A stretch of 44,191 nucleotides of DNA from an uncultured archaeon (lineage in GTDB: Archaea > Aenigmatarchaeota > Aenigmatarchaeia > CG10238-14 > SCSR01): positions 1-44,191 of the forward strand of contig CAZERL010000001.1 in assembly GCA_964514495.1 (NCBI GenBank). The letters are read 5' to 3'. A program made the position numbers and the translations under genes. Below are positions 17,549-26,044 of the stretch, piece by piece. Numbering within the stretch: position 1 is the stretch's first letter; each line of letters begins with the position of its first letter. The notes beneath the pieces are model-generated. The model did no database searches and was not told where the DNA came from. It was given only the letters and a program-made list of their open reading frames with translations.

Positions 17549-18553
17549 AGGTAAAATACCAAAGATAGTTTGAATAACCATCATGAAGATTACAATTTGC
17601 CATTCTCTAAATCTTCCTAACTTCATCACGGCATGAGTTAATGAGAATATTCTATTTCCGTATTTCGATTTTATTGTGCCATCATTTCCGACTACACCCA
17701 AATCAGATGCGTATTGCCCCAACTTATGTTTGGAATAGAATTTTAAAATACCTTGTAAGATAAATGGCGTCATTACAATAAGGCCTATCTTCTCCATGTT
17801 GCCAACAACTACACCAGCAGCCACCAAAGACCCTAGCAAATAAGTCAAACTATCGCCTGGAAGAATTTTTGCAGGATACCAATTATACCTTAGAAATGCA
17901 ATCAGTGCTGCAGCAGCTATAAAAAATATAACAGAACTAAGGACATTAACGAACACAAATGCATACAAACCCAGCGATAGCATATAAATCAACCCCATTC
18001 CAGCCTCAACACCGTTATAACCACCAAGCATGTTGACCATATTAGAAGCACCTACAATGCCTATAGGCACCAGCAAAAGAGGGTACAATATCCCAAAATT
18101 GAAATCGCCTATGATAGGCAATGTTAATGTAGTCTCGCCAACACTTATAGCCATTAAAGGGACTGCAGCAGGTAAAGTTAATAGCGGCTTAACCCATCTA
18201 GGAAATCCAACACGTATGTCATAACCTTCATTAGTTCTTACTTTTTTTGATTTTACATTCAGATCATCAAAAAACCCAACAAACATGGCTATTAGTATCG
18301 ATGCAGTTACAGCTACCAGGTTTAAAATCGCCTGCCTATAAACAAAAGTCTGTATGGCTATGTAAACCAACAATCCAGCCAATACGCCTGCAGCCACTCC
18401 AATACCACCGGAGCTAGGTAGCATCGGTTTTTGTTGCTTGTTCAAATCAAGCCCCACTACTCCAGCCGCATATAAAAAGCGAATTAATTGAGGCATTATG
18501 AAAAATGTAGTGATAAATGCTACAGCCATTGATAGCAGTAAGCTAACGGCCAT
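17525..18553 (-). CDS. aglH: UDP-GlcNAc:dolichyl-phosphate GlcNAc-1-phosphate transferase (Alg7/AglH type)
   Basis: 342 aa polytopic protein. FFDDLN and NMVNMLGGYNGVEAG match the eukaryal/archaeal GPT form N-x-x-N-x-x-(A/G)-G-x-N-G-x-E-x-G. The bacterial WecA/MraY form is N-x-x-N-x-x-DG-x-DGL. Confidence 0.85.
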   Translation of the reverse strand: MAVSLLLSMAVAFITTFFIMPQLIRFLYAAGVVGLDLNKQQKPMLPSSGGIGVAAGVLAGLLVYIAIQTFVYRQAILNLVAVTASILIAMFVGFFDDLNVKSKKVRTNEGYDIRVGFPRWVKPLLTLPAAVPLMAISVGETTLTLPIIGDFNFGILYPLLLVPIGIVGASNMVNMLGGYNGVEAGMGLIYMLSLGLYAFVFVNVLSSVIFFIAAAALIAFLRYNWYPAKILPGDSLTYLLGSLVAAGVVVGNMEKIGLIVMTPFILQGILKFYSKHKLGQYASDLGVVGNDGTIKSKYGNRIFSLTHAVMKLGRFREWQIVIFMMVIQTIFGILPLLSRGIF

Positions 18554-18618
18554 GACATTAACTTGCTGATAGTTAATAAATTACTTCTGAAACTATAATT
18601 TGCCAACATTTCAAAAGG

Positions 18619-18626
18619 TTTAAATA
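18619..18626 (+). promoter_or_regulatory. TATA-like box (TTTAAATA) upstream of the FnlA-like gene
   Basis: Its centre lies about 30 nt upstream of the ATG at 18652 but only about 12 nt from the ATG at 18634. This spacing favours a leaderless start at 18652. Confidence 0.3.
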
Positions 18627-18633
18627 GTAATAA

Positions 18634-19770
18634 ATGAATTTGCGATTTATTATGCCAAGCTTGAATGGAAAACTTAAAGAAGATTGCAATAAGCAGTTGA
18701 GTGACAAAACAATATTGGTGACTGGCGGTACTGGTAGCTTTGGTCATTATATTGTCAGGGAACTGTTAAATTTCGATGTTAAAAAAATTATAGTTTTTAG
18801 CAGAGACGAGGATAAGCAATACAAAATGGAAATGGCTTATAAAAGCGGAAGGATAGAGTTTGCAGCCGGCGATGTTTTTAACATTAGTGAAGAAGAGCAG
18901 ATGGCTATCAGGCAGAATTGGAAAGGAGATAAACTTAATTTTGCTGTTGGTGATGTCCGAGATTTTGAGCGCTTGCGTGAGGTTGTGAAAGGCGTTGATA
19001 TAATTTATCATGCCGCTGCCTTAAAGCAGGTACCATTTTCTGAATTTCATCCGATGGAAGCAGTAAAAACAAATGTCATTGGAGCTTTTAACATAAAGCT
19101 TGCAGCTATAGAGAATGATATAGACAAAGTTATAGCAATAAGTACGGACAAAGCGGTTAAGCCAGTTAATGCTATGGGCATGAGTAAAGCGTTGCAAGAA
19201 AAAGTTTTACTTTCTGATGGTGAAGTAGAATACAATACTAAATTTACTTGTGTAAGATACGGCAATGTTCTGGGCAGTCGTGGCAGTGTAGTTCCTGTAT
19301 TCAAAGAAAAAATTTTGCGAGGCGAACCTTTAGTTGTAACCCATAACGACATGACGCGCTTTATGCTAACACTCGAAGATGCTGTGCATCTAGTTCTTTA
19401 TGCGACTGTTTATGGCAATGGAGGCGAAGTATTTGTTAAAAAAGCGCCAGCAATGAAAATATCAGAATTCGCAAATACTTTTGCTGAGGCATTAGCAGGT
19501 AAAAAAGATTATCCAGTAAAAATCACTGGTATTAGGCCTGGCGAAAAGATAAATGAAGTTTTAGTTTCTGAGGATGAAATGTATAGGACGAGGGAAGAAG
19601 AAGGTTTTTACATTATACATCCATACAACTATTATTTGAATTTGAAGGGAGCTGGTAATTTAGATTTTTTCAAAAAAGCTACAAGTATATCCGAATATAC
19701 ATCTGCAACTACAAAAATCTTAAACCGCGACGAGATTTTAGCTCTTCTCAAAAAAACAGGATGGGTTTGA
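18634..19770 (+). CDS. UDP-GlcNAc 4,6-dehydratase/5-epimerase, FnlA/CapE/WbvB type
   Basis: 378 aa. ILVTGGTGSFG. ISTDKAV (the dehydratase D-K pair). NAMGMSKALQEK carries the M-x-x-x-K variant of YxxxK that characterises CapE/FnlA. The start may be the ATG at 18652. Confidence 0.85.
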   Translation: MNLRFIMPSLNGKLKEDCNKQLSDKTILVTGGTGSFGHYIVRELLNFDVKKIIVFSRDEDKQYKMEMAYKSGRIEFAAGDVFNISEEEQMAIRQNWKGDKLNFAVGDVRDFERLREVVKGVDIIYHAAALKQVPFSEFHPMEAVKTNVIGAFNIKLAAIENDIDKVIAISTDKAVKPVNAMGMSKALQEKVLLSDGEVEYNTKFTCVRYGNVLGSRGSVVPVFKEKILRGEPLVVTHNDMTRFMLTLEDAVHLVLYATVYGNGGEVFVKKAPAMKISEFANTFAEALAGKKDYPVKITGIRPGEKINEVLVSEDEMYRTREEEGFYIIHPYNYYLNLKGAGNLDFFKKATSISEYTSATTKILNRDEILALLKKTGWV

Positions 19771-19802
19771 ATACCTCCAATTATTACAAGAAATTTTCAC
19801 AA

Positions 19803-19810
19803 TTTTTAAA
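19803..19810 (+). promoter_or_regulatory. TATA-like box (TTTTTAAA) upstream of the RmlD-like gene
   Basis: About 22 nt upstream of the ATG at 19828 with no SD motif between, consistent with a leaderless or short-leader transcript. Confidence 0.3.
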
Positions 19811-19827
19811 GTTTCAAAAGTTGTATT

Positions 19828-20541
19828 ATGATGCTGATAACCGGAAGTTCGGGAAAATTAGGAAGGCAATTGAAAAAATCCTTCCCTGAAGCTTTAGCGC
19901 CGAAACATGAAGAACTGGATACTAAAGACAAAGGCGAAGTCGAATCCTATATTAAAAAATTCCAACCCGATACAATAATCCATGCAGCCGCTTTAACCAA
20001 CGTTAGGCAGTGTGAAATCGACAAAGAATCGACATGGGCTACAAATGTAGTCGGCACAGAAAATTTAGTTAATGCCTGCAATTTATTCATCCCAAACTGT
20101 TATTTTGTTTATATGTCGACAGCCTGTGTCTTTTATGGAGATAAAGGCGATTACATCGAGACCGACATACCCAACCCCAAAAACTTCTATTCATTTACAA
20201 AACTTTTGGGAGAATTTATAGTAAAAAAATTATCTAACCACCTTGTAATAAGAACAAATTTTGTTGAACGTGGAAAATGGCCATATGAAAAGGCATTCAC
20301 AGACAGATTTGGCACATATTTGTTTGTAGATGACCTTGCTTTAGCTATCAAAGAAGTTATTCGGAAAAAATTAGCAGGAGTAGTTCATGTCACCGGCGAT
20401 AAAAAATTCTCTATGTTTGAATTGGCCAAGTTGACTACGCCAGATATAAAACCTATGACTATGAAAGAAGCTGATTTACCGCTGACTCAAGATATGACAC
20501 TTCTAAGTATTCGCATTGCGCCATTTAAATTGACACTATAG
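19828..20541 (+). CDS. RmlD-like NDP-4-keto-6-deoxyhexose reductase (compact, 237 aa)
   Basis: MMLITGSSGKLGRQL, ELDTKD, PDTIIHAAALTNV, YSFTK (YxxxK). Confidence 0.75.
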   Translation: MMLITGSSGKLGRQLKKSFPEALAPKHEELDTKDKGEVESYIKKFQPDTIIHAAALTNVRQCEIDKESTWATNVVGTENLVNACNLFIPNCYFVYMSTACVFYGDKGDYIETDIPNPKNFYSFTKLLGEFIVKKLSNHLVIRTNFVERGKWPYEKAFTDRFGTYLFVDDLALAIKEVIRKKLAGVVHVTGDKKFSMFELAKLTTPDIKPMTMKEADLPLTQDMTLLSIRIAPFKLTL

Positions 20542-20542
20542 T

Positions 20543-21439
20543 TTACATGTAATCTCTATAATTTTTTATGTTCCACAGGACCGCATTTATCATAGCTTTG
20601 CTTAAATCTGGTCTCATCTGGTATAGAAAATTAAAGACTTTAAAGCAATAGTATGCTAAATTGAACGACAGGGCCAATATTTTTTCCAGCATACCATAAT
20701 TCTTTAGAATATATCTCAACTTGTTTTTGTAAGAATTAAAGATTAAAAAATAACTGCCGCGTTTTATAGTCCTCGAGCCTTTATGCCATAGCTTTGAAGT
20801 CGGAACTACTATAGTTTTGTAACCAGCCTTCCTTGCCCTGCTACAAAAATCCACTTCCTCGAAACCACCGGCGAACATTTTTTCATCGTATAAGCCGATT
20901 TTTTTTATAACAGCCCTCCTTATTAAGCCATTGAGAAAATGAGTCTCCAACGATTCAGTAAACTGCCCCCTATCTTTTAGGCCCCTTGCATAAGGCATTA
21001 CAGAGCCTGTTATCCTGTTAGACTCTATCGAGCCCAGTCTATCGATTGTATCAGGTTTGTCGTAAAACAAAATCATACTACCAACAATTCCAAATTCCTT
21101 ATTAGATTCTGCAACTTTAACAAGTTCTGACAACCAATCTTTGTGGACAACCATATCGTTGTTCATGAGGAAAAAATAATCGCCTCTGCCATTTTTAATG
21201 CCAATATTGTTTCCAGCAGCAAATCCAACGTTCTTTTCATTCTGGGTTATTTTAACGTCCATGAATTTATTTCTTATAGCATTTACACTGCCATCTCTCG
21301 AACCCTGGTCTACAACAATCACTTCATGATTTTTATAGGTTGTTTTCCTCAGCGAATTTAGCAATTCTATTGTGTCCTCCTTCCCGTCCCAATTTAGGAT
21401 GACTATCGAAACCAATGGCATATTTCCCATATGAATCAT
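20543..21439 (-). CDS. GT2 glycosyltransferase
   Basis: 298 aa. VSIVILNWDGKEDT..EVIVVDQGSRDGS..MNNDMVV. Confidence 0.85.
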   Translation of the reverse strand: MIHMGNMPLVSIVILNWDGKEDTIELLNSLRKTTYKNHEVIVVDQGSRDGSVNAIRNKFMDVKITQNEKNVGFAAGNNIGIKNGRGDYFFLMNNDMVVHKDWLSELVKVAESNKEFGIVGSMILFYDKPDTIDRLGSIESNRITGSVMPYARGLKDRGQFTESLETHFLNGLIRRAVIKKIGLYDEKMFAGGFEEVDFCSRARKAGYKTIVVPTSKLWHKGSRTIKRGSYFLIFNSYKNKLRYILKNYGMLEKILALSFNLAYYCFKVFNFLYQMRPDLSKAMINAVLWNIKNYRDYM

Positions 21440-21482
21440 ACCTTATTTTAATTTGTTCATGATATAGATGAAAATAATAAAT

Positions 21483-22547
21483 TTATGAACTGATACCATA
21501 CTCTTGCTGGAACCATTGAATCGTTCTTTTTAGGCCAGATTTCAAATCAACTCTCGCCTGATAGCCTATGAGTTTATTGATTTTTGTCAAATCTGGGCAT
21601 CGTCTTTTGGGATCGGCACTTGCATAGGCTTCATTAGGACTTGAAATTTTCTTTATGCTCAGTTTGTTATCAAAAATTTCCGACACGAGTTTAGCAAAAT
21701 CAATAATGCTTATCTCCTCCTTTTGGTTCCCGATATTGAAAACCTCCCCGTTGAAATCTGAGAATAGGACTTGATAGATTCCTGTAATAGCATCTGTGAT
21801 ATAACAGAAAGCCCTTGTATGATTCCCTTCACCATACACCGGCAAAGGATTTCCTTTAAGTGCGCTATGTATGAAATTTGGGAGTACGCGAAAATCATCA
21901 GGTTTTATTCCTGGTCCATATACATTAAACGGCCTCACTACTTTTGCAGGCAGTCTAAATAGCTGGTAGTATGTCATGCATAAAGTCTCACCGAGTCTTT
22001 TTGATTCATCATAGCATGCTCTTGGACCAATTGTGTTTACATTGCCAAAATAAGTTTCCGGCGTAGGTACAAACTTTGGATCAGGGTCACCATAAACCTC
22101 ACTCGAACTTAAAAAAACGAAGCTCTCGACATTTTTCTCTTTTGCCAGTTCCAGCATATTTTTTGTACCTATTGTACCTACCTCTATAGTTTCCATAGGA
22201 AATTTAGTATAGTAGAATGGAGAAGCTATGCCGGCTGCATGTATGATGAAATTTATATCCTCTTCTAATTTCAATGGATTTCTAACGTCATGATTTATTA
22301 CTTTTACACTGTTGTTATTGCTTAGAATCATATTTTTCGAGCCTGTTATAAAGTTGTCTACTGAGATTACTTTACATGGCTTTTCTAGGGCAATTTTATT
22401 GATAAAATCTATGGCTGATGTGAGGTAACGGCCTATAAACCCACCACCTCCAGTGATTAACAGTGTCTTGTTTTGTAATTTCCTAGAACAGCCTGCTAGA
22501 TTTTCTACAATAGTTTTTAAATCCTCCTCTATTATTTTAGAGACCAT
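21483..22547 (-). CDS. UDP-glucuronate decarboxylase (UXS)-like extended SDR
   Basis: 354 aa. LLITGGGGFIGRYL, LSSSEVYGDPDP, YDESKRLGETLC (compare UXS: TSEVYGDP / YDEGKR.AE). Confidence 0.8.
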   Translation of the reverse strand: MVSKIIEEDLKTIVENLAGCSRKLQNKTLLITGGGGFIGRYLTSAIDFINKIALEKPCKVISVDNFITGSKNMILSNNNSVKVINHDVRNPLKLEEDINFIIHAAGIASPFYYTKFPMETIEVGTIGTKNMLELAKEKNVESFVFLSSSEVYGDPDPKFVPTPETYFGNVNTIGPRACYDESKRLGETLCMTYYQLFRLPAKVVRPFNVYGPGIKPDDFRVLPNFIHSALKGNPLPVYGEGNHTRAFCYITDAITGIYQVLFSDFNGEVFNIGNQKEEISIIDFAKLVSEIFDNKLSIKKISSPNEAYASADPKRRCPDLTKINKLIGYQARVDLKSGLKRTIQWFQQEYGISS

Positions 22548-22603
22548 TTGAATACAACTACTAAAATATTTTATACGGACCTATTAATACAGACAATTAG
22601 ACT

Positions 22604-22987
22604 CTAAACCAATTTAAACTTTGTAGTGTGTTCCTCATACTTGTCTGCATCTCTAGTTCCTGTGGTGAAAGTAAGAAACACTGAATCCTCTAAAAATCCC
22701 ATCGCATGTACTACCATAGGAGGAGTTATTACCAAGTCACCAGGCTCAATTATGTTTGTTTCAACTTTACCATCTTCATTTCTAATATCTTTAGTCACAT
22801 ACTCATACTTACCACTCAAAAGATAGTCATTTTGTATCTGATTGGGATGATAATGGTTGCCTCTAATAGAGCCGGCCTTCGACGTTATTAATGCCACATG
22901 TTCGATTGGCGCATCCAGCAAGTTTGATATCTCACCTCTTTCATCTACGAAAGCAGGCCTAATTTTTCTTATGGTTATAAGCGTCAT
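22604..22987 (-). CDS. Small cupin protein (sugar-nucleotide ketoisomerase/epimerase-like; FdtA/WxcM or CapF C-terminal-domain-like)
   Basis: 127 aa. DERGEISNL..GSIRGNHYHPN..LLSGKYEY..VITPPMVVHA has the cupin two-His motif spacing. Subfamily assignment is tentative. Confidence 0.6.
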   Translation of the reverse strand: MTLITIRKIRPAFVDERGEISNLLDAPIEHVALITSKAGSIRGNHYHPNQIQNDYLLSGKYEYVTKDIRNEDGKVETNIIEPGDLVITPPMVVHAMGFLEDSVFLTFTTGTRDADKYEEHTTKFKLV

Positions 22988-23051
22988 AATTTCACATATT
23001 TAAACTAACACTATTATTTTTAAATACTAGTTTTTAACTAGGTGCATAGAT

Positions 23052-23792
23052 ATTCAATTAAAAGGTAAAATAGCCGTTATAACCGGTGGTAGCAAAGGAC
23101 TTGGAAAAGAGCTAGCTAAATTTTTTTCCGCCGAAGGTAGCACAGTTGTCATCTGTTCAAGAAGCGCGAATGACCTGAAGAGTGTTTGCAATGAAATTGT
23201 TGGTGCTGGCGGGAAGTGCGAATATTTTGTAGTTGATGTAACCAATAAAAAACAAGTCGACAAGCTTATTGATAAAGTTCTCAGTTCACATGGCAGAGTT
23301 GATGTTTTAGTCAATAATGCTGGATATGCCACCAAGTGGAAGGGCATAGAGAAAAATACTGAAGGAGAATTCGAAACATGCTTTAGAACTAACGTATATT
23401 CAATTTTCTATTTCCTTAAAAAAATAGTTCCGATAATGCGAAGGCAGAATTCAGGCTCGATAATCAACATATCATCCATGGCTGGGAAAAGAGGGATTCC
23501 AAACTTGGCAGCATATTGCGCTAGTAAATTTGCAGTGGTGGGGCTCACCCAATCTGTTGCTAAAGAGCTTAAGGATACTGATGTCCTCTGTATAAGTGTA
23601 TGCCCAGGAGGAATGTCCACAGAAATGCGGTCAAAGATATTTGGATTGGAAGATGCCAAGAAGCAACAAAGCCCACAGTATGTCGCAAATGTAATTAAAG
23701 ATGTTTTGTTAGGTAAGATAAAAGTTCCTAATGGCGGCGATATAATCATAAGGCATGGCAAAATAATGGCTATTAATCCCGCGCCAGAATAA
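23052..23792 (+). CDS. Classical SDR oxidoreductase (FabG-like), with no canonical start codon; proposed ATT start
   Basis: The frame is open from 23031 to 23792. It reads ..IQLKGKIAVITGGSKGLG (TGxxxGxG), NNAG, and SSMAG..YCASK (S-Y-K triad). There is no in-frame ATG, GTG or TTG before 23436, which lies downstream of the Rossmann and NNAG motifs. GGTG at 23041-23044 sits 7 nt before the ATT at 23052. Confidence 0.6.
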   Translation: MQLKGKIAVITGGSKGLGKELAKFFSAEGSTVVICSRSANDLKSVCNEIVGAGGKCEYFVVDVTNKKQVDKLIDKVLSSHGRVDVLVNNAGYATKWKGIEKNTEGEFETCFRTNVYSIFYFLKKIVPIMRRQNSGSIINISSMAGKRGIPNLAAYCASKFAVVGLTQSVAKELKDTDVLCISVCPGGMSTEMRSKIFGLEDAKKQQSPQYVANVIKDVLLGKIKVPNGGDIIIRHGKIMAINPAPE

Positions 23793-23835
23793 ATCTTATT
23801 TCAATATTTTTATTGTATTGCAACCAGGGATAAAG

Positions 23836-25056
23836 ATGAAATGCAAAATATGCGATAATCAGAATCTCCAAAAATTTCTTTCGTTAGGTGAAACGCCCTT
23901 GGCTAACAATTTCTTGAGAGAAGGTGATTTGCCTAAATCAGAGAAAACATTCCCTTTAGATGTTTACTTTTGTCCAAATTGCAAATTAGTACAATTGGGT
24001 TATGTAGTGCCACCAGAAATGATGTTTACAAATTACTTTTATGTGTCTTCAACTTCGAACACTTTTCAGCTACATTTTTCCAAGATGGCGGAAGAACTTA
24101 CGAATATGCTGAAGTTAGATGGCAATTCACTCGCAGTTGACATAGGAAGCAATGATGGTGTGCTTCTTAAAGGATTTCAGAAGTTTGGGGTTCGCACTGT
24201 TGGTGTAGAGCCTGCCACAAACATCGCAGAAATTGCAAAAAAGGATGGCATTGATACTATTAAAGATTTTTTTAGCGATAATGCTACAGATCAAATACTA
24301 TCTTCCGAAGGATATGCAGATGTCATCACAGCCAATAATGTTTTTGCACACACCGGAGCAATAAAGCGAATAATATACAATGTTAAAAGACTTTTAAAGG
24401 ACGATGGAATCTTTGTAATAGAAGTGGCTTACCTTCTTGATATGCTTCAAAAGATGACATTTGACATAGTTTATCATGAGCACCTTTTCTACTATTCATT
24501 AACACCACTAGACTACCTTTTCAATCAGCAGGGCATGCAAATATTTGATGTACAAAGAATTCCTACCCATGGAGGCTCTTTGAGAGTTTTTATTAAGAAA
24601 TCAGAGTCATCCAAACCCATCAAAAAGTCGGTATCCGAAATCCTTGGAAAAGAAAAGGAGATGGGAATTCATGAACTGGAAACTTATGAAAATTTTACCA
24701 ATAGCGTGTATAAAGCAAAAGAACAACTGGCAAAACTAATAATGGATCTTAAAAATCAAGGAAAAACAATCGCCGGTTATGGTGCTCCCGCGAAATCAAC
24801 GACTTTATTGAATTTTTGCGGCTTAGGTGGAGATTTCATCGAGTATATAGTTGATGAGAATGACCTAAAGCAAGGATTGTATACACCAGGCACACACATC
24901 CCAATAGTACCTCCGAGCATGCTAGACAAAAAGAGACCGGACTATATTTTGATTCTTGCGTGGAATTTCGCCGAAGAAATCTTGAATAAGACAAAGAAAT
25001 ATAAAGCTGATGGCGTAAAATTTATAATCCCTCTTCCAGAACTAATGACAGTTTGA
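23836..25056 (+). CDS. NDP-hexose C-methyltransferase (TylC3-like: Zn ribbon + SAM MTase + C-methyltransferase C-terminal domain)
   Basis: MKCKICDNQ..CPNCKLVQL (four-Cys ribbon), VDIGSNDGVLL (SAM motif I), ANNVFAH, and the long C-terminal domain typical of this family. I prefer the ATG at 23836 over the TTG at 23818. Confidence 0.8.
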   Translation: MKCKICDNQNLQKFLSLGETPLANNFLREGDLPKSEKTFPLDVYFCPNCKLVQLGYVVPPEMMFTNYFYVSSTSNTFQLHFSKMAEELTNMLKLDGNSLAVDIGSNDGVLLKGFQKFGVRTVGVEPATNIAEIAKKDGIDTIKDFFSDNATDQILSSEGYADVITANNVFAHTGAIKRIIYNVKRLLKDDGIFVIEVAYLLDMLQKMTFDIVYHEHLFYYSLTPLDYLFNQQGMQIFDVQRIPTHGGSLRVFIKKSESSKPIKKSVSEILGKEKEMGIHELETYENFTNSVYKAKEQLAKLIMDLKNQGKTIAGYGAPAKSTTLLNFCGLGGDFIEYIVDENDLKQGLYTPGTHIPIVPPSMLDKKRPDYILILAWNFAEEILNKTKKYKADGVKFIIPLPELMTV

Positions 25057-25061
25057 TAATT

Positions 25062-26039
25062 ATGATGGTATCTATAGTAATGCCGACATTCAACCGCAAG
25101 GATATTTTGCTTAAATGTTTAAGGCACTTGGATATGCAAACCTTTCCCAAAAGAGGTTTCGAGATTATAATTTGCGATGATGGTTCAACTGATGGAACTA
25201 AATTGGCAGTTAAGAAATTCAAGAAATCATCCAAATTAAACATAAAATACATTTACAGCGAGCATGTAGGCTCGTCACCAGTAAGAAATTTCGGGATCAA
25301 AATTGCTACTGGCAAATACATTGCGCTTATCAACGATGACATGATTCCTGACAGGCATTGGTTGGAAGAACACATGAAAACTCATGAAAAGGAAAAGGGC
25401 GTTGCCGTTCACGGTTTTGTAGACTGGGATCCAGAAATTGAGATTAACGAATTTATGCGTTTCATTGCCCCGTTCGGCCCAGAATACGACTGCAGGATAA
25501 AAAATTGGAATAATGCAGGATACAAAAATTTCATGACATCGAACCTAACCTTAGAAAGGAGATGGTTGGAATTAGAAAAATTCAACGAGGATATAAAGTT
25601 CGCATCATGCGAAGATATTGACTTGGGGATCAGACTTGAGAAACATGGCCTAAGGGTCGTTTATAACCCTAAAGCAGCTGTTTACCACAGCCACATCTAT
25701 TACGAAACACCTTTTTACAGAAAAATGTTTATAGTAGGCAGAGATTTGAACAAGATGAACAAGAGATTTCCTGAGGCTTTCAAGCCTAGTCCATTAGAAC
25801 TAATGAAGCTTATTTTTAGCAGATTCTATTTCCTGTTCCTTTTCAACAAAAGATTTTATTGGAGGATGAAATGCGGGTTTTTTTATTACCTCGGATATTT
25901 TTCAGAGAGTTTCAACAAGGATATCTTTAGTAGGGCCATTTATGTGTCGATTAGGATGATTTACGAATTTCAAGAATCTTTGCAAAAATTTTTAGGTGTT
26001 GACACACCAGATATACTTCCTTTATTAAGAAGGCGCTGA
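25062..26039 (+). CDS. GT2 glycosyltransferase
   Basis: VSIVMPTFNRKDIL..EIIICDDGSTDGT..INDDMIP. The start could be the TTG at 25053 or an ATG at 25062 or 25065. Confidence 0.85.
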   Translation: MMVSIVMPTFNRKDILLKCLRHLDMQTFPKRGFEIIICDDGSTDGTKLAVKKFKKSSKLNIKYIYSEHVGSSPVRNFGIKIATGKYIALINDDMIPDRHWLEEHMKTHEKEKGVAVHGFVDWDPEIEINEFMRFIAPFGPEYDCRIKNWNNAGYKNFMTSNLTLERRWLELEKFNEDIKFASCEDIDLGIRLEKHGLRVVYNPKAAVYHSHIYYETPFYRKMFIVGRDLNKMNKRFPEAFKPSPLELMKLIFSRFYFLFLFNKRFYWRMKCGFFYYLGYFSESFNKDIFSRAIYVSIRMIYEFQESLQKFLGVDTPDILPLLRRR

Positions 26040-26044
26040 TAGAG

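Noticed and set aside
23436-23792. Accepting the ORF-track 118-aa protein (ATG at 23436) as the real gene product.
   Set aside because: It would be the C-terminal half of an SDR without its Rossmann fold. Meanwhile the upstream 130 codons are open, in frame, and encode a perfect cofactor-binding domain.
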